DNA of 64,000 nucleotides, from NCBI RefSeq assembly GCF_963921235.1, contig NC_086097.1:38008001-38072000 (forward strand), read 5' to 3'. The translations under genes were made by a program, and so were the position numbers. The notes beneath the pieces are model-generated. The model saw nothing but the letters and a program-made list of their open reading frames with translations, was not told the origin of the DNA and ran no database searches. Shown one piece after another: positions 13,488-26,105 of this stretch. The stretch comes from Mobula hypostoma. Its lineage: Eukaryota. The first letter of the stretch is position 1. Each line of letters starts with the position of its first letter.

Positions 13488-14395
13488 TTCAATGTTAATT
13501 AATCTTTTCTCCCCCTCGGTATGCAGTTGAATTTTTCAAAATGTTTTGAAAACCATACAGGAAAATGTGGGTCCACAGATAAACAGGATGTCAGGTAAAC
13601 AAAACATCAACTGAAAACCAGCCAACAGTGTATATAATCAGAGTGCAAACTCTGCAGGTAGAAACAGAACAATATGTTCCTTCTCTCCTTTTAATTGGTA
13701 ATTTGGTTGCAACACCCAGAGTACTGTTAACAATCCGAGAATACCAAAAGGTTAAGAATGCTGAAGAAAGATTTTAAAAGATCTACCAGAAGTGAATGGA
13801 TGGCTAAAATTGAGTTTGTGACTCCATCCTCTGAAAGAAGAGAAGATAAAAGACCTGGAATGAAAATGGACTTTGAGAAAGAAGATGTTTTTATTTGCAG
13901 TAAAATCACAAAAAGAAAAAATGATTCACTGTCTTCAGCGAAATTGATGGCCTTCTACATATTGGGCACATATTGGCATTCAGAAGTTATTGCAATCCAA
14001 AGGCAGACAATACCCAATTTTATTTCTAAATCACTCTGAATTATTACACAATAGATGCGCAAGCTTTATTTACAGTAACTCTTTGATAGGAGTCTGACAA
14101 TTAACAACAATTGTTTATTTAGTAGTCATTCTCGGGTCTGCTAGATTTTAAATGGAAAATCCAATGCTTTTGAACACCTGAAGTGGTGACAAGGGTTAAT
14201 GGAAGTAAAATGTTTACTTCCATTAACTCAACTATTTAGAAAAAGTCTTTTTCCTTAAAAAGATGCAGGCCAATGCTGTCTTTGTATATGTCCATCAGTG
14301 AGTGTGAGTTTGAAGGTGGGAGCAGGATTGCTATAGCCACCCCAAGTTAAAATGATTCATGTGCAGGCACTGTCTGCTCTTCATCCCCAATCCCT
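13488..14395. repeat. Right arm of long diverged inverted repeat (partner 6154-7035)
   Basis: Reverse complement of the left arm. The inner end abuts the 5' end of the LINE at 9425-13485. Confidence 0.92.
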
Positions 14396-14834
14396 GTTCT
14401 CATTATAATTATGGACCCTTTTTTTTAAGAGAAAAGGGATGAGACATGTTGGTTATTTACATATATTCATTATTTTACTCTGCATTGAAGTAAAACAGAC
14501 CAACTGAAGTAAATTAAGCATTTTAGAAAAACAGTCACATCTTCAACCATTTGGTCCATGTGCTTTGAACTTCCTTCTTCAAGCTCCTTCTACACCCTCT
14601 TACTGTTAATGTAAGACCATTGTTTTTGATCATTCATCTGCCTTAATACTTCAGTAGTTCCAATGACACCTCAGATAACATTCTTGACTCAAAGAGTCAA
14701 AGAATTTAGTGTTCAAGTTGAACATGAAAGGTCTAGGCACAGATTCTATACCAACATTATGAAGCCACAGCTCTTCCCACACATCAGGCAAGAGACTAAA
14801 AGGAATAGGTAGTGTATTTGGGTAATACATTCAG

Positions 14835-15935
14835 AATGCTAGAGGAACTCAGCAGGTTAGGCAGCATCTATGGAAATGAATGAACGGTTGACGTTTCAAG
14901 CCCTTTTCCAGGACTGGAAAGGAGGGAGAAGATCCCAGAATAAAAGGACAGGGTGGAAGAGAGGAAGGATGATAGCTAGAAGGTGATAGGTGAAGCCAGG
15001 TGGGTAGGAAAGATAAAGCTGGAAAGGAAGGAATCTGGAAGGGTGGGGGGAGGGGGACTATAGTAGAAAGGGAAGGAGGAGGGGGCCCAGTGGGGGGGGG
15101 TAGGTGATAGAAGAGGTAAGAGGCCTACGTGGGGAATAGAAGAGGGGTAGGGGAGGGAAATTGTTTTACTGGAAGGAGAAATCCATATTGATGCCATCAA
15201 GTTGGAGGCTACCCAGATAGAATATAAGGTTGCTCCGCCAACCTGAGGATGGCCTCCTCTCACCATAAGAAGAGGCCATGGACTGACATGTTGGAGCAAG
15301 AATGGAAATCAGAATTACAATGTTTGATGACTGCAAATTTTTGCTTTTGGTGGATGGAGTGGAGGTGCTCGATGAAGTGGTCCCCCAATTTATAATGGGC
15401 CTCACCTCACCATTGTAGAGGAGGCTACATCAGGAGCACTGAACACAATAGACGACCCTAGAAGATTTGCAGGTGAAGTGTTGCCTCACCTGGAAGGACT
15501 GTTTGTGGTCCTGAATGAAAGTGAGGGAGGAGGTGAATGGGCAGATGTTGCCCTTGGGCTGCTTGCAGGAGTAAGTGCCAGGTTGGATGTTGATGGCGAG
15601 GGATGAATGGACAAGGGAATGATCCCTCTGGAAAGCAGAGGGGGGCTGAGGTAAAGATATGTTTGGTAGTAGGAACCGTTTGGAGATGGTGGAAGTTGCA
15701 GAGGATGATGTGTTTAATGTGGAAGCTCATAGGATGGTAGGTGAGAACAAGAAGCACGTTATCACTGTTAAGGCAATGGGAAGAAGGTGAGCGTGGATGT
15801 TTGGGAAATGGAAAGTGAGGGCAGCTTTAATGGTGGAGGAAGGGAAACCCCATTCTTTGGAGGACATTTCTGATACACTGGAATGGAAATTGCATCCTGG
15901 GAACAAATGCGGCCAGAGATGAAAGAACTGAGAGA
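14835..15935 (-). mobile_element. Penelope-like element fragment (RT C-terminus, GIY-YIG, pLTR)
   Basis: Minus ORFs LVLTYHPMSFHIKHIILCNFHHLQ..PTTKHIF and LIFYLGSLQLDGINMDFS. Confidence 0.8.
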
Positions 15936-16029
15936 AGTATTTGGCTACATGAATTGTGAGGGTATAAATCTAGATAGCTGCTTTCTATTCAAGTTCTATG
16001 TAAATAAAGGATTCAAGGGTGATAACAGC

Positions 16030-16715
16030 AATCTCACTATTCTCTGTTGCATCCGGTGCGGCCTCCTCTACATCAGTGAAACCCGACGCAGATTGGGGGG
16101 CCGCTTCGTTGAGCACCTCCGCTCCGTCCACCACAACAGACAAGATCTCCCGGTAGCCACCCACTTCAACTCTTCTTCCCATTCCCATTCAGATATGTCC
16201 ATACATGGCCTCCTCTACTGCCATGTTGAGGCTAAACTCAGGTTGGAGGAACAACACCTCATATACCGTCTAGGTAGTCTCCAGCCCCTTGGTATGAACA
16301 TAGAATTCTCCAACTTCCGATAATTCCCTCCCCCTCCTTTCCTCTATCCCTATTTCACTCTGCCCCCTCCCCCAGCTGCCTATCACCTCCCTCATGGTTC
16401 CGCCTCCTTCTACTACCCATTGTGTTTTCCCCTATTCCTCCTTCACCTTTCCTGCCTATCACCTCCCTGTTTCCCTTCCTCCAACCCTTGGTCTTTCCCC
16501 TTACTGGTTTTTCACCTGGAACCTACCAGCCTTCTCCTTCCCAGCCTCCCCCCACCTTCTTTATAGGGCCTCTGCCCCTTCCCCCTACAGTCCTGATGAA
16601 GGGTTCCAGCCTGAAACATCGACTCATCGTTTCCACCGATGCTGCCCGACCTGCTGAGTTCTTCCAGCTTGTTGTGGGTGTTGTTTTGATCCCAGTATCT
16701 GCAGATTATTTTGTG
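16030..16715 (+). mobile_element. Penelope-like element 3' fragment (GIY-YIG endonuclease plus pLTR)
   Basis: C.RCGLLYISETRRRL..RFVEH..VATHFN..EQHLIYRLGSLQPLGMN, the typical PLE GIY-YIG domain. Confidence 0.9.
16589..16625 (+). ncRNA. Minimal type I hammerhead ribozyme motif
   Basis: agtc-CTGATGA-agggttccagcct-GAAA-catc-gact. Confidence 0.72.
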
Positions 16716-17689
16716 TTAGCAATCTCACTAAAGTTGACCATTCAATAACCATCCTCACTTGATAATATTCTCCTCACTTTCACACCTTGATATTGGATTC
16801 CCAATAAAAGTAATAAGCTTCCCTCAAATTTATCTCTAGATGAAATATTTTATGATATTTCATTTTATTTGAATAAAGAAAATAAAGTTTCTTAAAGAAA
16901 ATAAAGAAAATAAATCTTCCTTTACAAGGATGAACTTAATACTTTTAAATTGTATAACACCACAGCAAACAATCAGGGGGATTAATGATATATTGGCCCA
17001 TATAGCATAGGGGTTGAAGTCCAAAGTTGATTTTGCTGAGATTCTCCTAAGTTGGGTTGCTGAGGAAGTGGCAAGAATAAGAAAAGGGTAAATATAAATG
17101 GCTGCTTAATAATTAGTGGGAACTTGGTGGACCCAAGAGCCTGTTTCTGTGCTGTAGCTCTATGAGTCTGTTTGTACATCTGACGTGCAATTTTGGTCTT
17201 CATATCTCACTTCTTCAGAGTTGTTGCATTGGTATAAGGCTGGTGTTCCATGGAATGATTGTCTATGATCAAGGGAGAATTTTATAAGAAAAATGATCTC
17301 ACTGACAATTCTGGGAGAGATTGACAGAAAAGCTACTGAGAACTTGTTTCTTCTTGACTGTCCAAATAGAACTCAAGGGAGTACCCTTTGAATAAAGAGG
17401 GTATATTTAATACTGAGATAACAAATTTCTTTATGTCAAAGACTGTAAGTGTTCAAATTATTTAGTTTAGAAGGATGTGGATGCTTAGTCACTGCTCATC
17501 CTCAAGACTCCATGAGTTTTGGATAACCCATGAATGAGGGTTTGTGCTGTAGGGGACAAGGCACAGAATTGATCGTGATCTTCTGAACAGGTGGAGGAAG
17601 GAACCATATCATCCTCCGTAACTTCCACCATCTCCAAAGGTGGAGGAAAAAAAACATATGCTGTGAAGTCCCAACACAGACCCCCATGG

Positions 17690-19315
17690 AACACCATTGG
17701 TCACTAGCAGCTAACTAGAACAGTCCCCCTTTATTCCCACTCTTTGCCTCCTGCCAATCAGCTATTGCTTTATCCATGCTAGAATCTTTCCCATAATACT
17801 ATGGACTCATAGTTTGTTAAGCAGCCTCATGTGTGGCCTTTGAAAATCCAAGCACACAACATCAACCGATTCTCCTTTGTCTATCCTGCTTGCTATTTCT
17901 TTAAAGAATTCCAACAGATTTGTCAGACAACAATGAGGAAACAATGCTGACTATGGCCTATCATATCATGCCTCCAAGTACCCTGAGACCTCATCCTTAA
18001 CAGTTGACTCCAACTTCAGCTACTTCTTTCAGAACCCTGGGGTGACTTAACCTTCAGACCTTTCAGTATCCCTAGAACCTTCTCTGTAGTTATGGTAACT
18101 TCACACACTTCATGACCACTGACACTTAGAACTTCCACCATCGCACTAGTGTCTTCCACAGTGAAGACTGGTGCAAAATACTTATTCAGTTTGTCTGCCA
18201 TTTCGTTGTCCCCCCCCCCCACCCACAACTACCTCTCCAGCATTGTTTTCGAGAGGTTCCAATATACACTCTCGCCTCTCTTTTATGCTTTATGTATCTG
18301 AAGAAACTTCTGGTATCCATTTTAATATTATTGGCTAGCTTACTTTCGTATTCCATCTGTGCCTTCTTAATGACTTTATTTAGTAGCCTTTTGTTGGTTT
18401 TTAAAAGCTTCCCAATCACCTAACTTTCCACTGTTTTTACTCTATTATGTGCCCTGTCTTTGGCTATTAAGTTGGCTTTGACTTCTCTTGCTAGTCACGG
18501 TTGTGTCATTCCAACCATTGCTGCTCTGCTGTCATCCCTGCCAGGGTTCTTCTCCAATTAATTCTGGTGAACTCTTCTCTCATGCCTCTGTAATTGTCTT
18601 TACTGCAATATAATACTGATACATTTGGCTTTAGCTTCAGCTTCTCAAATTTCAGGGTGAATTCGATTATATTATGATCACTTGCCCCAAAGGGTTTATT
18701 TACCTCAAGCTCTTGAAACAATTTTGGTTCATTGCACAACACCCAATCCAGAATAGCTGATCCCAGAGTGGGCTCAATCACAAGCTGCTCTAAAAAGCCA
18801 TCTTGTAGGCACTCTGGAAATCCCCCCTCCAGGAATCCAGCACCAACCTGATTTTCCCAATCTCCTTGCATGTTGAAATCCTCCTTGACTATTGGACCAT
18901 TGCCCTTTTGATGTGCATTTTCTATCTCCCATTCCCATTGTAATTTGCAAACCACATCTTTGCTACTGTTTGGGGGGGGGGGTGTCTGTATACTCCTGTC
19001 AAGGTCTTTTTACCTTTGCAGTTCCTTAGCTCTATCCACAATGATTCAACACCTTCCAACTCTATGTCCCCTCTTTATAATGATTTGATTTCAGTTTTTA
19101 CTAACAGAGCAAGGCCACCCCTCTGCCTGTCCCTTTTTATACAACGTATATCCTTGGACATTAAGCTTCCAGCTGTAATCTTTCAGCCATGATTCAGTGA
19201 TGCCTACAACATCTGACCTGTCAATCTGCAACTGTACTGCAAGTTCATCTGCCTTATTCCATATGCTGCGCGCAGTCAAATATAACACCTTCGGTTCTGT
19301 ATTCATCCTTTTCGA
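17690..19315 (-). mobile_element. CR1 LINE internal fragment (endonuclease to RT start)
   Basis: VLYL.ARSIWNK.DEL..DVVGITESWL, PTLGSAILDWVLCN, SDHNIIEF, FFRYIK.KR. Confidence 0.88.
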
Positions 19316-20029
19316 TGATGAACTATCACAGAATGTTGCATAAAATTAGTGGTGAAATAAATAAATATTTGTGCTTAGTTATGTATTTCATTTATTCAGC
19401 AACTAAAATTTATGATCACACCTGAATCAAAATAAGAGAATGCCACTTGGCATGGTATTAATGGGCATTACTTGACACTACTTGTCCACGGTATGGTGAC
19501 ACAGCTTTCAGAAAAAAGCACCGTATGTTTCATGATTGGCAGTGAAAGGCTAAAACTCATAGTATTCACTAGCTTTTCAAAAGTTCATCTTGGTGCCAGT
19601 CTGCATGAGTTGTAGGATGCAATTCATATCGTCTTTATTTGGAGACTGATGAAAATAAATCCTTTTGTCTGGTTGTAAACAGTAATGGGAGCTCACCCAT
19701 GCTGATAGAACAGCAGAGATCCTGGATGCTGCCTGACCCGCTGAGTTCCTCTAGCACTTTTTTTTATATATACGTGACTCTACAGAACAGTAGCTGTTTT
19801 TATTGAAGCCTGCTGTGGAACACGTGGCAATACCACTGATGGCCATTCATGGCCAATGACTTCACTTTTACTCTGGAGACACTGGGATCCTCGTGCCCAA
19901 CGAGCTGTCGTCGTAGCTTCAGCTGGAGCTCATATTAGAGGTTTTGATGATGAATAGCTATGCAAGAGCAGAGTACCAAATGCGTTGTTACACAAACATA
20001 CAAATATGTGCAAAGGGTGGTGGGGAACC

Positions 20030-20495
20030 TCATTGAAACTGAAACTGACTGGATATGAAAGGAACACACACCAAAGTTGCTGGTGAACGCAGCAGGTCAG
20101 GCAGCATCTCTAGGAAGAGGTACAATCGACGTTTCAGGCCGAGACCCTTCGTCAGGATATGAAAGGCATGGATAGAGTCGACACGAGGAGGATATTTTCA
20201 TCAATGGGAGAGTCGGGGATCAGAAGGTACAGCCTCAGAATAAAGGGACATCACTTTAAAACTGATTTCAGAGGGATTTCCACAGGCAGATGGTGGTGAA
20301 CCAGCAGAATTCGCTGAGACAGAGGGCTCTGAAGGCCAAGTCTTTGGCAGAGATGGTTCTTGATTGGTAAAGGGATTAAGGTTTACAGGGAGAAGGCAGG
20401 GAAATGGGGTTGGGGGAAAAAAATGTGTCATAATTGAATGGTGGTGCAGACTCAATAGGGTGAATGGTCTAATTGTGCTCCTCTATCTTGTGGTC
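20030..20495 (+). mobile_element. CR1 LINE 3' fragment interrupted by a 92-bp Penelope-derived insert
   Basis: CR1 3' similarity (cagcctcagaataaaggga, ctaattgtgctcct) on either side of the insert. Confidence 0.75.
20063..20154 (-). mobile_element. 92-bp Penelope-derived insert carrying a hammerhead core
   Basis: TSD ggatatgaaagg at 20051-20062 and 20155-20166. Minus strand reads cCTGACGAagggtctcggcctGAAAcgtcgat. Confidence 0.8.
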
Positions 20496-22249
20496 GCACA
20501 TGGGTGTATGCACCAGATGAGCATCCCTATAGTTTGCCATCTTTCAACTACACATGTGGTGCTCGGTGCTGCCTTTAACAAGGGGCCCACAAAATTAAAA
20601 ATCAAACTAGCAGATGTCTTGGCAGTAAAACAAATGCATCACCATTAATGATAAAACAGACGTTGCCCCAGCTGTGTACCATTGAGCTGGCTAAGGAGCC
20701 ATTCTTCAGGGAATTGATGAAAAAATGGAAGAGGAAAAATTCAACTAATTAAACTTGGATTTTCATGCTGAAACTAAAAAGTCAAAAGCCTAGGAGAAAA
20801 ATAGGTGGGAAGGTAGAATTTGAGTTGCAGACATATTAAATGTTGAGAAATTCAGCTTCTATTTTGAATGCTGGTAAGCCTCAATATAACACCTAAGGTA
20901 TCTGAGCTGGATGGTAACCCACAATTATTTACACAATATGGCATCAATAAAGCTCTAAAAGTAATGCATGACTAGCTTCTGTGATAAGAAAATCTTGCCA
21001 ACCCATGGAGAAATCAATGTGCATCAATAATAGACTGCGAAATGTAAAATATAGACTGCCAAAGCAAATAATTACTGGAGCACATGATCAGCATGATGCA
21101 CAAATTTTTTAAAAGGTGACATTTTAATTACAGGGCCTGTTTGAACCTTTCCAATTGTAGATGGATGATTATGAAAATGAAAAATCAGTTCAAAGTATTA
21201 TTTTCAAAGTACGTATGTTTTATAGAACCTTGAGATTCATCTCCTTCCGGGCAACCACAGAACAAAGAAACCCAATAGAACCCATATATTTTTTAAAAAA
21301 GACTGTCAAACACCCAATATGCAGAGACAAAAAAAACAAATCATGCAAACAATAAAAGTAAGCAAATGGTATTCAGAACTGGCGTTCATGAAAGTGAGTC
21401 CACAGACACGAAGCCAAGCAGCACTGCAGCCAATTTCAGAGCAGAGATGAGTAAACCTTGTGGAGCGTTGAGCTGAACCAGTCTGGCTCGGCCCGGCCTG
21501 TCCCTCGCCTCCGGTCCCGACACCATGACCTTTTACGATCTGGCCTGGCACTTAACCTAGTCCAAACCTAGGGTTCTTTGCTTTTGAACCTGGGCCCTGC
21601 CCTTTTGATATACGCACTCAGGCCTGGGGCCTGCCGCCTCGATTTGGCCCGTGTCCAACCTTTCCAATTTGGCCTGATACTTAAGTCGATTAAGCCCCGG
21701 GTTTTTCCTTGCCCTCAGGCCTGGGCTGCGCTTTGACTCTGTCTCATTTCCGCTTATTATCAATGAGTTTAAATCCTGGAACCCTCTACCTATAGTACTG
21801 ATCATTTTTTTCCGGCTGCAATTGTTTTGATATGATATCTGCAGTGTAGTCTTTTGGAATATTTAGCAAGTTAAAACAACTGTGTCTAGAATGTTATCAA
21901 CATTATGAGAAAGCAAAATTAAGCAGTAGATAAACTTTCTGTTTCTGATCAACAGCATACCATACCATACTGGTGTCTGCATGGTTGAATCCAGACTGTG
22001 CTACTGGGGAAGGCCGTTGACCAACGCCCCCCCCCCTTAATCTGCTCTGTTTAGTCTATGTTTATAATAGTCCTTTTGTATTGGAATGTTTTTTACTAGT
22101 CTGTGTTCACTGTTATCTCCTGGCCTTGCTGCTGCTCATCAGGGCCAGAAATCCAGGGTCCAGTCGAATCGTGACAAGCTGGAGTTCACCAGCCTGAAGC
22201 TGCCAGTTTCTCTCATATTCAACTCGGAGCATCTTTCCACCAGGCATGA

Positions 22250-22445
22250 GAGAATCTGCGGGTGCTGGAAATCAAAGTAATACACACAAAATGCTGGAGG
22301 AACTCAGCAGGCCAGGCAGTATCTGTGGAAAAGAGGATAAAAGGGTCCTGGTGAAGAATCTCGGCCCGAGATGTTGACTGTTTACTCTTTCTGATAGATG
22401 TTGCCTGGCTTGCTGAGTTCCTCCAGCATTTTGTGTGTGTGTTAC
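22250..22445. mobile_element. Fold-back Penelope pLTR element
   Basis: Arms acacacaaaatgctggaggaactcagca.. / ..tgctgagttcctccagcattttgtgtgt enclose a degenerate hammerhead. Confidence 0.8.
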
Positions 22446-22517
22446 CATTCCTTTAGAATACGAGTTAGGCAGACTGCCAGTCAGAATTCCAGTCAGTTGT
22501 GTCTCTGTGACTTTACA

Positions 22518-23322
22518 TAGTAGTCATAGTCATACTTTATTGATCCCAGGGGGGAATTGGTTTTCGTTACAGTTGCACCATAAATAATAAATAGTAATAG
22601 AACCATAAATAGTTAAATAGTAATATGTAAATTATGCCAGGAAATAAGTCCAGGACCAGCCTATTGTCTCAGGGTGTCTGACCCTCCAAGGGAGGAGTTG
22701 TAAAGTTTGATGGCCACAGGCAGGAATGACTTCCTATGACGCTCTGTGTTGCATCTCGGTGGAATGAGTCTCTGGCTGAATGTACTCCTGTGCCCACCCA
22801 GTACATTATGTAGTGGATGGGAGACATTGACCAAGATGGCATGCAACTTAGACAGCATCCTCTTTTCAGACACCATCGTGCGAGAGTCCAGTTCCATCCC
22901 CACAACATCGCTGGCTGTACGAATGAGTTTGTTGATTCTGTTGGTGTCTGCTACCCTCAGCCTGCTGCCCCAGCCACAACAGCAAACATGATCGCACTGG
23001 CCACCACAGACTCGTAGAACATTCTCAGCATCGTCTGGCAGATGTTAAAGGACCTCAGTCTCCTCAGGAAATAGAGACAGCTCTGACACTTCTTGTAGAC
23101 AGCCTCAGTATTCTTAGACCAGTCCAGTTTATTGTCAATTCGTATCCCCAGGTATTTGTAATCCTCCACCATGTCCACACTGACCCCCTGGATGGAAACA
23201 GGGGTCACCGGTACCTTAGCTCTCCTCAGGTCTACCACCAGCTCCTTAGTCTTTTTCACATTAGGCTGCAGATAATTCTGCTCACACCATGTGACAAGAT
23301 TTTCTACCGTACCCCTGTACTC
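22518..23322 (-). mobile_element. Rex1 LINE, 5'-truncated young copy 2
   Basis: Near-identical to the 3' parts of 10199-11556 and 45780-47212, with the same tail. Confidence 0.9.
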
Positions 23323-23349
23323 GGAATCCTGCAACATGTAACTCACCGG

Positions 23350-23905
23350 ACTTCCCAAAACCTCTCCACCATCTGCAAGGCTCGGGTCAGGAGTGTAATG
23401 GATTACTTGCCACTCGCTTGGATGAGTGCAGCTCCATCAATACTCGAAGCTTGACGTCATCCAGTACGAGGCAGCCCTCTTGATTGGTACCCCTTTCACA
23501 AGCATCCAAACCTCCATCATCAACGAACAATTGCAGCAGTGTGTACTGTCTACAAGATGCACTTCAACAACACACCAAAGTTCCTAAGACAGCACCTTCC
23601 AGACCTATGACCACTACCATCTAGAAAGACAAGAAACAGCAGGTACCTGGGAACACCAGTCCATGGAAATCCCCCAACAATTCATTCAAAATCCTGATTT
23701 GGAAACATATTGCTGTTCTTTCTTTGTTGCTGGTTCAAAATCATGGAATTCCCTCCCTAAAAGCACAGTAGGTGTACCCACACCTCAGGGACTGCAGCGA
23801 TTCAAGAAGGCAGCTCATCACCACCTGCTCAAGGGCAACTAGGGATGGGCAATAAACGCTGGCTTAGCTGGGGATGCCCACATCCTGTAAATGAATAAAT
23901 AAAAA
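23350..23905 (+). mobile_element. LINE 3' fragment (CR1/L2 group) with DeuSINE-type tail
   Basis: Decayed RT C-terminus (..KARVRSVMDYLPLAW, SWNSLP) and tail gggcaataaacgctggctt..gatgcccacatcc..atgaat. Confidence 0.6.
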
Positions 23906-26105
23906 AATGGTGTTACTAGCCATGGATGTCGAAAACTGGTCAGTTTGAGGCACAGGAGAATAATCTGTGGTCATATCGTAGTGTGATGATGAAGAGAGTG
24001 AATGTCTCGCCATTGAAGACGAGAGAGGATGGGGTAGGCTGAGTTGCACAGAGCTGAAGCCTTTTGGGCTTATTTGTCCTTTCAAGAGTCAGCATGAACT
24101 CAGACTACTGTTCAGCTTTGATAATACGCTACATGTAACTGGCCTCCATTTCATCAGGGGAACATCATCATTCTTCCTTAATGGCAGAGTTGTGAAAGGT
24201 GCTCGGGACATCTGATCTCAGCAGTTTGGAAACCCCTCCAGACTTGTCCAAGCAGCAAAAGCCTGCTTCCTGCATTAATTACGTCCAGCCAGCTGCTCTG
24301 CCTCATATTGATCCAAATTACAAATGCAGAGGATTCCCTTTCAATATTTAGTTTTGTTATTAAACAATTACAAGTAATCCATATAACTAGGCTTTGGTAC
24401 CTATCCGGTTCGAGAGGCTGCTCTTCCTCCCTTATAATTTCCTGTGAATATTCAAGAAGGAATTTGGCAAGAAATGATTGAGGCATTGAATTAATAATTT
24501 AGCTTTCAGCCTTTAGCTAACCAGTTTAAAAAAAAATTGTATGCTCACGGCCATGTCAAAAGTTTTTTTTTGCCCATGTTTTGATATTATTCTGAGCAAC
24601 TATTTTGTTACAAATGGCTCTTGTATATGGTAAGTGAGATCATAAGTATACAGTATTGATTTAGATGAGTGATCAGATTTTTATCATGCTCAAACAGTGA
24701 TGTTTGCATTTTGGAAGGTACTGTCAGGTTCAACATGTCATTGCTGGACAAGTTTATTTTTGTACCAGTAAGAGTAAGTATGAATGGAAATGTATAATAA
24801 TTAACTATCTCCTATTAATCTCAGTGAAGGAGAGCAATACTCTGAGTTCCCTTTTCACACTAATTATTTATTTATATAGTAAGTTTCATGTCTTGTAGTG
24901 TACTGCTGCCACAAAACACCATGACTGTGCTAATAAATCTGATTCTGATTTTATCCATGTATATGTCGAGAATTAATTGCATGAGTGAGAAAACTAACAA
25001 AGGGTGACCAAAAAACTAGACAATCTTCCCATCCTACTTTAAGAATAGATAGGAAAAGGTAAATGAAGTTTAAAAAAAAGGTAAGTAATAGATCTTAAAT
25101 GAAGAAATGCTAAAAAAAATTTAAAATTGAGGAATATAAACAAGGTAATAGAAAAAGGGGATTAAAATGGGAAGAATATTCATGTATTAGTGTTGTGCTC
25201 AATTATCTGAGAACAGTTTAAGTTGTAGAAATTTCATTGATTAGCTGTTGATAAATCTTAGTCATTCTAAACTCCTTTGCTCTTTATGTACTAAAAATCT
25301 TAGCTAATGTACTCCCTAGTTAGACGTGTAGAGCAGTTTAATGACCATAATGTGAAATTACAAGCTGGTTTGCTGAAATAGGATTATATCTGCTACTTGG
25401 ATGCATTTGTGGTGTTTTGTTTTCTGTATTTTCCTTGCTTATGTGTATAAATGTCAATTATTGTTTTCAGTGAAGCAGAATAGCATTCCCTTAATAACAT
25501 TGCACTAATAATGAAGAGAAATTCCTGTATATTGATATGAGGGAGAGATATTTAAAATCATTGTCTAATGAAACAAATACAAGAGGACATGTTAAAGATG
25601 AGAGAAAAGATATTAAGGAGATTTGAAGGGAAGGTTTGCATACAGAGGGTTGAATTTTTGGAACCTGCTACCAAAGGAGGTGGTGGAATTTGAGACAGTG
25701 TCTGTTTACTGAACATTTAGTCAGGCACTTTAATGGGCAAGGTATAGAAGAATAGAGACCAATGGGTACAAACGGAGTTAATGTAGAAGAGTGGCAAAAA
25801 GGTCAGTGTGGATAGGAAGGCCCCTCTTCTGTGCCTTATTCCTCTGACCTATTTTGAATAAAATAAAGAATGAAGTGTTGCATTAATGGTTTTCTACAGT
25901 CCTGATGTTTCTTTATAGCTTCTACTTCATTAACCTTCTTGTATGAACCTAAGGGTAGAGTCCCTTCAAAAATACTTCAATAGCCGCATCAACTTTTAAA
26001 CACTGCATAAGAAGCTATTTGGATAGAATGTCAATTTTGGATGAAATGCAGATGAAAACAATAATCACATTTGTCACTGTTCCATGTTTTTCATTTTCTT
26101 TATAG

